DNA from: Dehalococcoidia bacterium | Lineage (GTDB): Bacteria; Chloroflexota; Dehalococcoidia; Lucifugimonadales; JAPUKM01 | Length of the DNA: 64,000 nt | Direction of reading: 5' to 3' | NCBI GenBank assembly: GCA_965248865.1 | Contig: CBDFKP010000002.1 | Coordinates: forward strand, 376,610 to 440,609 | In this document: positions 1-9,504 of the stretch, in pieces | Layout: every line of letters begins with the position of its first letter | Numbering within the stretch: the stretch's first letter is position 1 | Notes under the pieces: model-generated | Database searches by the model: none | What the model was told of the DNA's origin: nothing | Seen by the model: the letters and a program-made list of their open reading frames with translations, nothing else | Position numbers and translations under genes: made by a program

Positions 1-722
1 GGGACCCGGAGGTGGAGCCGGCCGGTGCGGTGGATGTGGTGGCGCAGGCTGCGGAGCTGCCCCTTCCGGAGAGCGCTGGCACCGTTCCCTACGAGCCGAG
101 CCTGGAGGCGCTTCTGCGCCGCTGCCAGGCGGACGTGGTGGTGGACTTTACCAGCGCCGCCGCATGCACGGAGATGGCTCCCGTGGCCGCCTCCAACGGT
201 CTGCACCTGGTCATAGGCTCCACCGGCCTGAGTGATGACGACCTGGCCACGCTGGCGGACCTGAGCCGGAAGAATAGGGTGGGCATCGTTGTCGCCCCCA
301 ACTTCGCGCTGGGTGCCGTGGTGCTCAACCATCTGGCCCGTATAGCCGCCCGCTACTTCGACTACGCGGACATCTTCGAGGCCCACCACGAGGCCAAGGT
401 GGACGCCCCATCCGGGACGGCCTTGAAGCTGGCCAGGGACATCGCCGCCGAGGGGCGGTTCACACGTCCCATGCCCCAGACCGAGCCCTTGCCCGGCACT
501 CGTGGCGGCGACTATAATGGCGTCTCCATCCATAGCAGCCGCATGCCTGGGCGACTGGCCCAGCATGAGCTGGTCTTTGGAGTGTCCGGTCAGACATTGA
601 CCCTACGCCATGACACCATCAACCGCGAGTGCTATATGCCCGGTGTGCTGCTGGCCATCAAAGAGGTGACCAGGAGGCGGGAGCTGGTTGTTGGGCTGGA
701 GAGCATCCTGGGGCTGGGCTAG
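1..722 (+). CDS. dapB: 4-hydroxy-tetrahydrodipicolinate reductase (5' end outside window)
   Basis: Frame is open from the window edge. Carries the DapB signature FEAHHEAKVDAPSGTALKLA. Followed by asd and dapA. Confidence 0.85.
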   Translation, partial: DPEVEPAGAVDVVAQAAELPLPESAGTVPYEPSLEALLRRCQADVVVDFTSAAACTEMAPVAASNGLHLVIGSTGLSDDDLATLADLSRKNRVGIVVAPNFALGAVVLNHLARIAARYFDYADIFEAHHEAKVDAPSGTALKLARDIAAEGRFTRPMPQTEPLPGTRGGDYNGVSIHSSRMPGRLAQHELVFGVSGQTLTLRHDTINRECYMPGVLLAIKEVTRRRELVVGLESILGLG

Positions 723-744
723 CCTTTCTACTAAGGAGACATCC

Positions 745-1776
745 GTGTCAGGGCTGAACGTAGCCGTTGTGGGTGCTACCGGCCTGGTTGGGGCCGAGTT
801 CCTCAGGATACTGGAGGGCTGGAGCGTCCCCGTCAGCTCCTTACGACTCTACGCCTCCGACCGCTCCGCGGGCCAGCGTCTCCCGTTCAGGGGCGATGAG
901 ATTGCGGTGGAGGAGACTACCGACGACTCTTTTCAGGGCATAGACGTAGCCCTCTTCTCCGCCGGAGCCGATGTGAGCAAGCGCTTCTCACCGGTCGCTG
1001 CCAGGTCGGGTGCGGTGGTGGTGGACAACAGCTCGGCGTTTCGAATGGACCCTCAGTCGCCCCTGGTGGTGCCTGAGGTCAACCCCGACGACCTGGAGGG
1101 GCATCGGGGTATCATCGCCAACCCCAACTGCTCCACTATCCAGATGGTGGTAGCCCTGAACCCGCTGCACCAGCTCAACCCCATCGTGCGTATCGTCGTC
1201 TCCACCTATCAGGCGGTGGCCGGTACGGGGACGGCTGCCGTGGATGAGCTCAACCGGCAGATACGCCAGGTTATGAAAGGTGAAGAGACCTCTCCCAACG
1301 TGTACCCCCATCAGATCGCCTTCAACGTCATACCCTTCGTGGACGACTTTCTGGACAACGGCTACACCGTTGAGGAGTGGAAGATGGTCACGGAGACCCG
1401 CAAAATAATGCATCTTCCGGACCTGCCCGTGAGCGCAACGTGTGTCCGTGTGCCCGTCTATCTGAGCCACAGCGAGGCAGTGAACGTGGAGTTCACCCAC
1501 CCAATGTCGCCTCAGGAGGCACGGGAGATACTGTCCCATGCTCCGGGGGTGGAGGTGGTGGACGACCCCTCTCGCCAGATGTATCCTCTGCCGCTGACCG
1601 CCACCGGCCGGGACGAGGTGCTTGTAGGCAGAATCCGAGAGGGCCTCTCCCATCCCAACTCCCTGGCCCTGTGGATAGTGGCCGACGACTTGCGGAAGGG
1701 CGCCGCCCTCAACGCTATACAGATCGCTGAAGAGATCGTCAGCCGGGATTTGCTCCCAAGCCGGAAAGTCGGGTAG
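745..1776 (+). CDS. asd: aspartate-semialdehyde dehydrogenase
   Basis: Active-site motif IANPNCSTIQMVVAL and N-terminal VAVVGATGLVG. GTG 745 is preceded by AAGGAG (733-738). The track ORF start at 688 would overlap dapB. Confidence 0.9.
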   Translation: MSGLNVAVVGATGLVGAEFLRILEGWSVPVSSLRLYASDRSAGQRLPFRGDEIAVEETTDDSFQGIDVALFSAGADVSKRFSPVAARSGAVVVDNSSAFRMDPQSPLVVPEVNPDDLEGHRGIIANPNCSTIQMVVALNPLHQLNPIVRIVVSTYQAVAGTGTAAVDELNRQIRQVMKGEETSPNVYPHQIAFNVIPFVDDFLDNGYTVEEWKMVTETRKIMHLPDLPVSATCVRVPVYLSHSEAVNVEFTHPMSPQEAREILSHAPGVEVVDDPSRQMYPLPLTATGRDEVLVGRIREGLSHPNSLALWIVADDLRKGAALNAIQIAEEIVSRDLLPSRKVG

Positions 1777-1811
1777 AGTAACCGGGCCCGTCTCCTCCAG
1801 GAGGTGCTAGG

Positions 1812-2714
1812 ATGGCTGAGATAGGAAGACTCCTCACTGCCATGGTCACGCCCTTCGACCAGCAGGGGCAGGTGGACTACGCTCAGGCCAAGCGGCTGGC
1901 CCAGGCCCTGGTGCAGTCCGGGAGCGACGGCGTGGTGGTGGCCGGCACTACCGGCGAATCGCCCACGCTCACCGGGAAGGAGCAGGCGCGCCTCTTCGCC
2001 GAAGTGCGGCAGGCCCTGGAGGGCAGCGGCAGCGTGGTGGCGGGGACGGGCAGCAACAGCACGGCGGAGGCCGTGGAGTATACACGGGATGCCCAGGAGG
2101 CCGGTGCCGATGGTGCGTTGCTGGTGGTCCCCTACTACAACAAGCCCACCCAGGAGGGACTCTACCGCCACTTCAAGGCCATAGCGGAGAGCGCGGACCT
2201 GCCGTGCATCCTCTACAACGTGCCCAGCCGGACGATCACGAACCTGTCGGCGGAGACCACCATCCGCCTGAGCCAGATACCCAACATCGTGGGCGTCAAG
2301 GAGGCCAGCGCCGACTTCGACCAGATAGCGACCATCATCTCCGGCGCTCGGGAGGGGTTCCGCGTATGGAGCGGCAACGACGCCGATACCTTCGGAGTCC
2401 TCTGCCTGGGGGGCTACGGCGTCATCAGCGTTGCCTCACACCTGGTGGGCCGTCAGATCAAGGGGATGATCCAGATGCTGCTGGACGGCAGCCTGGAGGG
2501 GGCGGCCAGGGAGCACCGACGGCTGCTTCCCATCTTCAAGGGCATCTTCGTTGTGGCCAACCCCATTCCCATCAAGTACGGGGTGAACAGGGCCGGCCTC
2601 AGCGTGGGCAGCCCCCGCCTTCCCCTGACGGAGCCTGACGATAAGATAGCGGCATTCCTGGACGACCTGTTCGCCCGGTATACCATAGACCTGCCGGTGG
2701 AAGTGGCGAGCTAG
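1812..2714 (+). CDS. dapA: 4-hydroxy-tetrahydrodipicolinate synthase
   Basis: GTTGESPTL, YNVPSRT and VGVKEAS (Schiff-base Lys) motifs, about 300 aa, in DAP operon context. Confidence 0.92.
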   Translation: MAEIGRLLTAMVTPFDQQGQVDYAQAKRLAQALVQSGSDGVVVAGTTGESPTLTGKEQARLFAEVRQALEGSGSVVAGTGSNSTAEAVEYTRDAQEAGADGALLVVPYYNKPTQEGLYRHFKAIAESADLPCILYNVPSRTITNLSAETTIRLSQIPNIVGVKEASADFDQIATIISGAREGFRVWSGNDADTFGVLCLGGYGVISVASHLVGRQIKGMIQMLLDGSLEGAAREHRRLLPIFKGIFVVANPIPIKYGVNRAGLSVGSPRLPLTEPDDKIAAFLDDLFARYTIDLPVEVAS

Positions 2715-2743
2715 CCGGTTCGCCTTCGCAGCGACAAAAGCCA

Positions 2744-2776
2744 GGGGGCGTCTCCTCAAGGAGACGCCCCCTTTTC
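2744..2776. terminator. bidirectional intrinsic terminator between convergent dapA and FAH gene
   Basis: Perfect 12-bp stem GGGGGCGTCTCC / GGAGACGCCCCC with loop TCAA. Followed by TTTTCG on the + strand and preceded by CAAAAG on the other side. Confidence 0.8.
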
Positions 2777-2802
2777 GTTCGTCTGATTGTACGGTTGCTA
2801 CA

Positions 2803-3729
2803 CTACGCGGGGGTGGCGGGCTCGCCAAAGCCCCCGGTTTGAGACCTGCCCGCGACGCGGTCTGCCGTGGCCTGGTCTATTCCCCTGGGCCACTGCCGCT
2901 TCAGGTCGTCCTTCACGGTGACGGTAAGCTTCCCGAAGTCGGCGATCTCAATCTCCAGCTTGTCGCCGTCCTGGATGGCGCTCAGCCCCTGGTGGTTGGT
3001 GCCGCAGGCGATGACATCGCCCGGGAGCAGTGTCGCGATGGAGCAGGCCCACTCGAAGGAGCGCGGGATGCTGTAGCCCATGTCGTTGGTGTTGTAGTTC
3101 TGGCGCAGGTCGCCGTTGGACCAGAGCTTTACCTGGAGGTTCTGAGGGTCCGGGACCTCGTCTGCGGTGACGATGTATGGCCCAATAGGGCCAAAGGTAT
3201 TCCACGACTTGCCCAGGAGGAAGCTGCTCCGGTGGAGACCCCGCGCCGACGCATCGATGAAGTTGGTGTATCCGAAGACGTGGTCGTACACGTTCTCCGC
3301 CTTCACGTCCGTGGCCTCTTTGCCAACGATCAGACCCAGCTCCGCCTCGTGGTGGAAGATGTTTGCCTTGTCGGGAGGCATCACTATCGTGTCCCCGTCG
3401 CCGATGATGGAGTTGGAGGACTTGAGGAATGCGTTGATGGGCCGTGGCTCCTTCAGCGCACCGTTCTCCAGGTAGTTGGCGGCCATGCAGACGATGTGCA
3501 CGGGTTTCGGCAACGGTGGCCGTAGCCGTACCTGGCCCACCGGTGTGCCGCTGGCGTGGCTGGCGTGCTCCTCGATGTTGCTGCGGTAGCGGTCGAAGTT
3601 CGCGATCAGCCCGCTCATCCAGTCGTGGGGCGTAACGTGGGGGATGTCCCGGATAGCGTCGGAGATGCCCACGACGTTGCCGTCCTTGAGCACCCCGGGA
3701 ATAAAGTCGTTGTAGAAAAGCAGTCTCAT
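2803..3729 (-). CDS. fumarylacetoacetate hydrolase (FAH) family protein
   Basis: FAH-family core (FHHEAELGLIVGK, GDVIACGT). ATG 3727-3729 is preceded by GGAGGGAA. The track ORF extends to 3810. Confidence 0.85.
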   Translation of the reverse strand: MRLLFYNDFIPGVLKDGNVVGISDAIRDIPHVTPHDWMSGLIANFDRYRSNIEEHASHASGTPVGQVRLRPPLPKPVHIVCMAANYLENGALKEPRPINAFLKSSNSIIGDGDTIVMPPDKANIFHHEAELGLIVGKEATDVKAENVYDHVFGYTNFIDASARGLHRSSFLLGKSWNTFGPIGPYIVTADEVPDPQNLQVKLWSNGDLRQNYNTNDMGYSIPRSFEWACSIATLLPGDVIACGTNHQGLSAIQDGDKLEIEIADFGKLTVTVKDDLKRQWPRGIDQATADRVAGRSQTGGFGEPATPA

Positions 3730-3760
3730 GGTTCCCTCCTCATGTTGAATGGACGGTAGC

Positions 3761-4672
3761 CTAGGAAGAGCTTCCGGCTCCTGCCGCCTCTCTGGCTTCC
3801 TTCTGATCATGGGTCTCTCTGCGCCACTCCCGTTTCAGGTCGTCTCTGACGCTGACCCGGAGCCTTCCCATCTCTGGGATCTCCATCTCTATGGCATCGC
3901 CATCCTGCATGGGCCCCAGGCCGCGGTGGTTGGTCCCGCAGGCGAAGATGTCCCCCGGGTCAAGGGTAAGGACGTGGCTGGCCCACGCAAGGCTTGCCGC
4001 AATCGAGTGTGCCATGTCGCTGGTGGGGTAGTCCTGGCGCAGCTCTCCGTTCACCCACAGCTTCACGGGCAGGCTCTGCGGGTCTGATATCTCATCGGCG
4101 GTGACCAGGTAGGGGCCTATGGGGGCGAAGGTGTGCCACGACTTGCCGGGGTAGAAAGAGTCCATGGGGGGAGCGCCCAGTCCCCGGGCCGATCCGTCCA
4201 GGAAGTTGAGGTAGCCGAAGACGTAGTCGTAGGCGTCGTTCTCCCGGATCTCACTGGTGGTCTTGCCAATGACGATCCCAAGCTCTGCCTCGTGCTCGAA
4301 GACGCTGGCCTCGGCGCTGGGGATGACAATGGTATCCCCCTGGCCGATGGTGGAGCTGGGCGACTTCAGGAAGGCGTTGAGGGGGTTCGGCTCCGAAAGG
4401 TGGCCAGATTCCATGTAGTTGCCGGCCATGCAGATCATTTTGCCGGGCCGGGGCACCGGCGCTCGTAGCCGCACCTGGCCCAGGGGCGTACCCTTGGACG
4501 AGCGCGCCGCCTCTTCCAGGCGTCCCTTGTACTGGTCCCACCTCGCTATCAACCCGCTCATCAGGTCGTGTGGGCCCAGGTGCGGTATATCCTGGACCGC
4601 GGCGGAGACATCCACCACGTTTCCATCCTTCACCACCCCCAGGACAAAGTCGTTGAAATAGACAAGCTTCAC
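3761..4672 (-). CDS. fumarylacetoacetate hydrolase (FAH) family protein, tandem paralog
   Basis: Collinear with the preceding protein (MKLVYFNDFVLGVVKDGNVVDV vs MRLLFYNDFIPGVLKDGNVVGI; FEHEAELGIVIGK). GTG start. Confidence 0.85.
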   Translation of the reverse strand: MKLVYFNDFVLGVVKDGNVVDVSAAVQDIPHLGPHDLMSGLIARWDQYKGRLEEAARSSKGTPLGQVRLRAPVPRPGKMICMAGNYMESGHLSEPNPLNAFLKSPSSTIGQGDTIVIPSAEASVFEHEAELGIVIGKTTSEIRENDAYDYVFGYLNFLDGSARGLGAPPMDSFYPGKSWHTFAPIGPYLVTADEISDPQSLPVKLWVNGELRQDYPTSDMAHSIAASLAWASHVLTLDPGDIFACGTNHRGLGPMQDGDAIEMEIPEMGRLRVSVRDDLKREWRRETHDQKEAREAAGAGSSS

Positions 4673-4744
4673 GGTATTCCCTCCTCCCGTCCACCCATGG
4701 TGGACGATGCCGGATTTCCCGGCCTTGTGGTTGTCGAGGCTATC

Positions 4745-6040
4745 CTATCGGAGAATCGGCCGTATTGCCACCGTCTCCTCCCGTTTGGGACCGGTGGAGA
4801 TGAGATCGACGGGCACGCCGATCAGCTCCCCCAGACGGTCGACGTACCGGCGGGCGCCCGCCGGTAGCCTATCCAGGTTTGTTGCGGATGCGGTGGGCTG
4901 GTCCCAGCCGGCGAACTCCTCATACACCGGCTGACACTGCTCCAGCACCTCGTTATTGGTGGGGAAGTGGGGGAGCACGTTGCCGTGGATGCTGTAGCCG
5001 GTGCATACCTTGATTGGGGAGATGCCGTCAAGCACGTCCAGGCGGGTCAGCACCACGGAGGTAAAGCCGTTGACCTGAGCGCTGTACCGCGCCGCCACCG
5101 CATCAAACCAGCCGATGCGCCGCGCACGTCCTGTAGTGGTCCCGTACTCCCACGCCAGCTCCCTGATTTTCTCGCCTACGTCGTCGGTGAGCTCCGTCAC
5201 CAGTGGGCCGGCGCCCACCCGCGTGGAGTAGGCCTTGAAGATGCCGGCCACCCCCTCGATTGCGTGAGGTGGAATGCCCGTGCCGGAGGAGGCTCCACCA
5301 ATGGATGGGGAGGAGGATGTGACGAATGGATAGGTGCCGTGGTCGATGTCCAGGAGAGTGCCCTGTGCCCCCTCCAACAGAACGGTCTTCCCGTTGGCCA
5401 GGGCATCATGGAGAACAACCTCGGTTGGACGGATGTAGGGAGCAAGCTGCTCGCCCCACTGGAGGCACTTCTCCAGCAGCTCCTCCACTGAAATCGGCTC
5501 GCCTCCGTAAACCTTGGTGATCAGTGCGTTCTTCTGCTCGACCACGTGCATCAGTCGGGGAAGGAATCGCTCCTCATCGTTGACCTCCAGCAGGTCCCCC
5601 ACGCGAATGCCCACGCGACCCACCTTGTCCATGTAGGCCGGGCCGACACCCTTGCCGGTGGTGCCGATGGCCTGGCCTCCCTTGGAGCGCTCCTCCAGGG
5701 CGTCCAGGGTAACGTGATAGGGCATGATCAGGTGGGCGCGGTCGCTGATGTAGAGCCGGCTGGTATCCACTCCCCGCTCCTGGAGCCCCTGGATCTCACC
5801 CAGCAGCACCTCCGGGTCCACCACAACGCCGTTAGCTATTACGCAGGTGACCTGGGGCCAGAAGATGCCTGAGGGGACTAGATGGAAAGCGAACTCTCCC
5901 ATCTCGTTGATGACGGTGTGTCCGGCGTTGTTTCCCCCGGAGAACCTGACCACGTAGTCGGCCCGCTCCGCAAGGAAGTCCACCACCTTCCCCTTCCCCT
6001 CATCGCCCCACTGAGCACCGATCACGGCATATGCTGGCAT
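4745..6040 (-). CDS. purA: adenylosuccinate synthetase
   Basis: GAQWGDEGKGK P-loop, GGNNAGHT and TTGKGVGPAY motifs. ATG at 6038-6040 gives the canonical MPAYAVIGAQWGDEGKGK N-terminus. Confidence 0.93.
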   Translation of the reverse strand: MPAYAVIGAQWGDEGKGKVVDFLAERADYVVRFSGGNNAGHTVINEMGEFAFHLVPSGIFWPQVTCVIANGVVVDPEVLLGEIQGLQERGVDTSRLYISDRAHLIMPYHVTLDALEERSKGGQAIGTTGKGVGPAYMDKVGRVGIRVGDLLEVNDEERFLPRLMHVVEQKNALITKVYGGEPISVEELLEKCLQWGEQLAPYIRPTEVVLHDALANGKTVLLEGAQGTLLDIDHGTYPFVTSSSPSIGGASSGTGIPPHAIEGVAGIFKAYSTRVGAGPLVTELTDDVGEKIRELAWEYGTTTGRARRIGWFDAVAARYSAQVNGFTSVVLTRLDVLDGISPIKVCTGYSIHGNVLPHFPTNNEVLEQCQPVYEEFAGWDQPTASATNLDRLPAGARRYVDRLGELIGVPVDLISTGPKREETVAIRPILR

Positions 6041-6252
6041 AGCTATCCCTGTGGAAGAATACACCCTGTTCGGGCCTACGGCGGGGCGAGTATACCAAAA
6101 GGCCATCGGTTTTGGAATGGGCTTGGCCCCAGGATAATCGCCTGCTACCTGACCGTCACTTCGCCGGGGATAGTAGGCCAAAATACTGAATACTTGACAT
6201 CGAACGCCGCCTCGTCTATATCTTGGGGGCGATATAGAGACAGGAGGTTGCT

Positions 6253-7011
6253 TTGAGCATACCGAAGATGAAGGATATGGTGGCCATCGTCAATGGAGCC
6301 AGCCGTGGCATCGGCGCTGGAATAGCCAGGGGATACGGCATAGAGGGTGCCAAGGTGGTGGTGGCGGCCCGAACGGAGGAGCCGCATCCCAGGCTGCCCG
6401 GCACCATCCACTCCGTTGTGGCGGAGATCAACGAGGCAGGCGGTGAGGCCACCGCCATCAGATGCGACATCTCTCAAGAGGAGGATGTTCAGAATCTAGT
6501 CGATCAGACCCTGGAGAAGTACGGCAAGATAGACGTGGTGGTGAACAATGCCGCCGTGATGATCACCGGCAACCCCGTGGTGGATACCCAGGCCCGCCAC
6601 TACCTGTTGGGTCTCAGGGTGAACCTGCTGGGGCCGTTCCTGCTGTGCAAGTATGCCCTTCCCTCCATGATGGAGCGGCGGTCCGGGAGCATCATCAACA
6701 TCGGCTCCGGTGCGGCGGAGAGCAGGAACCCTGGCGGAACAAACTATGCCACCACAAAGGCCGGCCTGGAGCGGTTCACCATAGTGCTGGCTGAGGAGGC
6801 ACGGGAGTACAACATCGCCGTGAACTGCCTTGATCCGGGGCCTATCAAGTCTGAGGCGGCGGAGATGCTTCAGCCGGCGGACCACAACTGGGCCTCCTAC
6901 GCACCGCCGAAGGCCGTGGCCCCCTCGGCGATATTCCTTGCGGTGCAGGACGCCAAGAGTTTCACCGGCCGGATAGTCCACCGCACCGAGTTTCGCCGCA
7001 CCTGGCCGTAG
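6253..7011 (+). CDS. SDR family oxidoreductase
   Basis: NGASRGIGAGIA cofactor motif and YATTK (YxxxK) catalytic motif. AGGAGG lies 5 nt upstream of TTG 6253. Confidence 0.85.
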   Translation: MSIPKMKDMVAIVNGASRGIGAGIARGYGIEGAKVVVAARTEEPHPRLPGTIHSVVAEINEAGGEATAIRCDISQEEDVQNLVDQTLEKYGKIDVVVNNAAVMITGNPVVDTQARHYLLGLRVNLLGPFLLCKYALPSMMERRSGSIINIGSGAAESRNPGGTNYATTKAGLERFTIVLAEEAREYNIAVNCLDPGPIKSEAAEMLQPADHNWASYAPPKAVAPSAIFLAVQDAKSFTGRIVHRTEFRRTWP

Positions 7012-7178
7012 ACCGGCCGGGGAGCAGCCTCTGCTCGATATGGGCGTACCCGCCGGGTACGCCCAACGTTTGTCCCAGCCCCTCCGCAAGTCACTGCCAG
7101 TTGGCGAGCCCCTCCTTTGCAGAGACAAAACTTCCCTATGCTATAATTCCTTTGGAGAGCGCCCTCAGCGAGGTACCG

Positions 7179-8000
7179 ATGCCCGACTACGAAGCCATCA
7201 TCCTGGACAAGGACGCCCAGGAGCATATCGCCAGAATTACGTTGAACCGCCCCGACCGGTTGAACGCCATCAGTGATCAGATGGGACGGGAGCTCGTTGA
7301 GGCAATTGAGGACGTGGCCGCGGATGATGAGGTGCGTGTGCTGGTGCTCACCGGCGCCGGCCGCGGCTTCTGCTCTGGGGCCGATACCGCTGGTATGGCC
7401 GGGGGGCAGTCCCAGGGTGGGCACTCTGGCGAGCGGGGAGCAGAGGAGATACGCCGGGGCTTCGGCACCGCGCAGCGGATGATCCTCGGGCTGCATCGCA
7501 TGGAGAAGCCGACGATAGCTATGGTCAACGGTGCCGCCGTGGGGGCCGGGCTGGACCTAGCGTGCGCCTGCGATATACGCATCGGCTCCTCCAACGCCCG
7601 GTTCATGGTGGCCTATATACGCATCGGGCTGTTCCCGGGCTATGGCGGTGCCTGGCTGTATCCCCGAGTGCTGGGGAGCGTGGCCAAGGCGGCGGAGCTG
7701 CTCTTCACCGGCGACTTCATGGAGGCAGCAGAGGCCTTGCAGCACGGGCTGCTGAACCGCCTGGCGACCCCCGAGGAGTTGGAGAGCACCACCATGGAGA
7801 TGGCGCGGAAGATAGCCCAGGGTCCGCCCATAGCCATGCGCCTTTCCAAGCTTATGCTCTACAAGGGATTGGAGTTTGACCTGGAGACGGCCATGCAGAT
7901 GGCGGCGGCGGCGGAGACCATTACACTCACCTCCCGCGACCATCAGGAGGGGCTTGCCGCCTTCCGAGAGAAGCGCGTGCCCCGCTTTACCGGCGAGTAG
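7179..8000 (+). CDS. enoyl-CoA hydratase/isomerase (crotonase) family protein
   Basis: VLTGAGRGFCSGAD oxyanion-hole motif. ATG 7179 gives the typical N-terminus; the track ORF starts at 7101. Confidence 0.85.
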   Translation: MPDYEAIILDKDAQEHIARITLNRPDRLNAISDQMGRELVEAIEDVAADDEVRVLVLTGAGRGFCSGADTAGMAGGQSQGGHSGERGAEEIRRGFGTAQRMILGLHRMEKPTIAMVNGAAVGAGLDLACACDIRIGSSNARFMVAYIRIGLFPGYGGAWLYPRVLGSVAKAAELLFTGDFMEAAEALQHGLLNRLATPEELESTTMEMARKIAQGPPIAMRLSKLMLYKGLEFDLETAMQMAAAAETITLTSRDHQEGLAAFREKRVPRFTGE

Positions 8001-8056
8001 GTGTACCGTAGGCTGTTCCAGCTTGTAGATATCGATGTAGCCAAGAAAGGGGTCCA

Positions 8057-9000
<944 letters not shown>

Positions 9001-9004
<4 letters not shown>

Positions 9005-9279
9005 AGGACGGTGATGGTATGGCGGAGAGAGCGACAAAGACCTATGCGATGCCGGTCCAGATCAGCAAGATTGAGGGCGTAGGCTACCGTGCTGAGTGCA
9101 CGATCCTCCAGGGATGCTTTGTGGATGGCGGCACCATGGAGGAGGTGCTGTCGGACATCCAAGAGGCGATTGCGCTTTACATTGAGGCCTCCCGTGAGCG
9201 AAATCTGCCGCTGCCGGAGATCGTGGAAGCGCCAGGTTCGGCGGTGCTGACCATTATCCCTGTGGCTGTGCATGCATGA
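9001..9279 (+). CDS. hicB: HicB-family antitoxin (UPF0150-like)
   Basis: HicB N-domain pattern: YAMPVQISKIEGVGYRAECTILQGCFVDGGTMEEVLSDIQEAIALYIEA...LPLPE. Alternative ATG at 9019. Stop overlaps the next gene's ATG (ATGA). Confidence 0.75.
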
Positions 9280-9469
9280 GGTATGGTGAACTGATTCGGC
9301 TTCTCAGTGATCATGGAGCAGAGATCTATGGCAGGGCCGCAGACATGAAATCTGGGGTGTTCCAGGGACACCGCTTCGGACGCTGGTGCCGAGACATCGG
9401 GGAGAAATAGCCGCCGGCACAGCACAGAGGATCTTGAAAGAGCTAGGAATACAGATGCCACGAGGTTGA
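9276..9469 (+). pseudogene. hicA: HicA-family toxin, apparently frameshifted
   Basis: ATG 9276 gives MRYGELIRLLSDHG and then runs to TAG 9408-9410. The HicA-like remainder (WSRDLWQGRRHEIWGVPGTPLRTLVPRHRGEIAAGTAQRILKELGI, stop 9467-9469) is in another frame. The frames switch near 9312-9325. Confidence 0.65.
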
Positions 9470-9488
9470 ACGCAGCTGTCCAGCCGGA

Positions 9489-9504
9489 GCAATGTTTGAA
9501 TGAA
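9489..9504 (+). repeat. 16-bp direct repeat copy 2, overlapping secA start
   Basis: Identical to 8990-9005. Confidence 0.9.

Noticed and set aside
2803-4672. Tandem FAH paralogs as something unusual.
   Set aside because: Tandem duplication of FAH-family genes is common, and both look intact with ordinary starts. It is not worth a finding.
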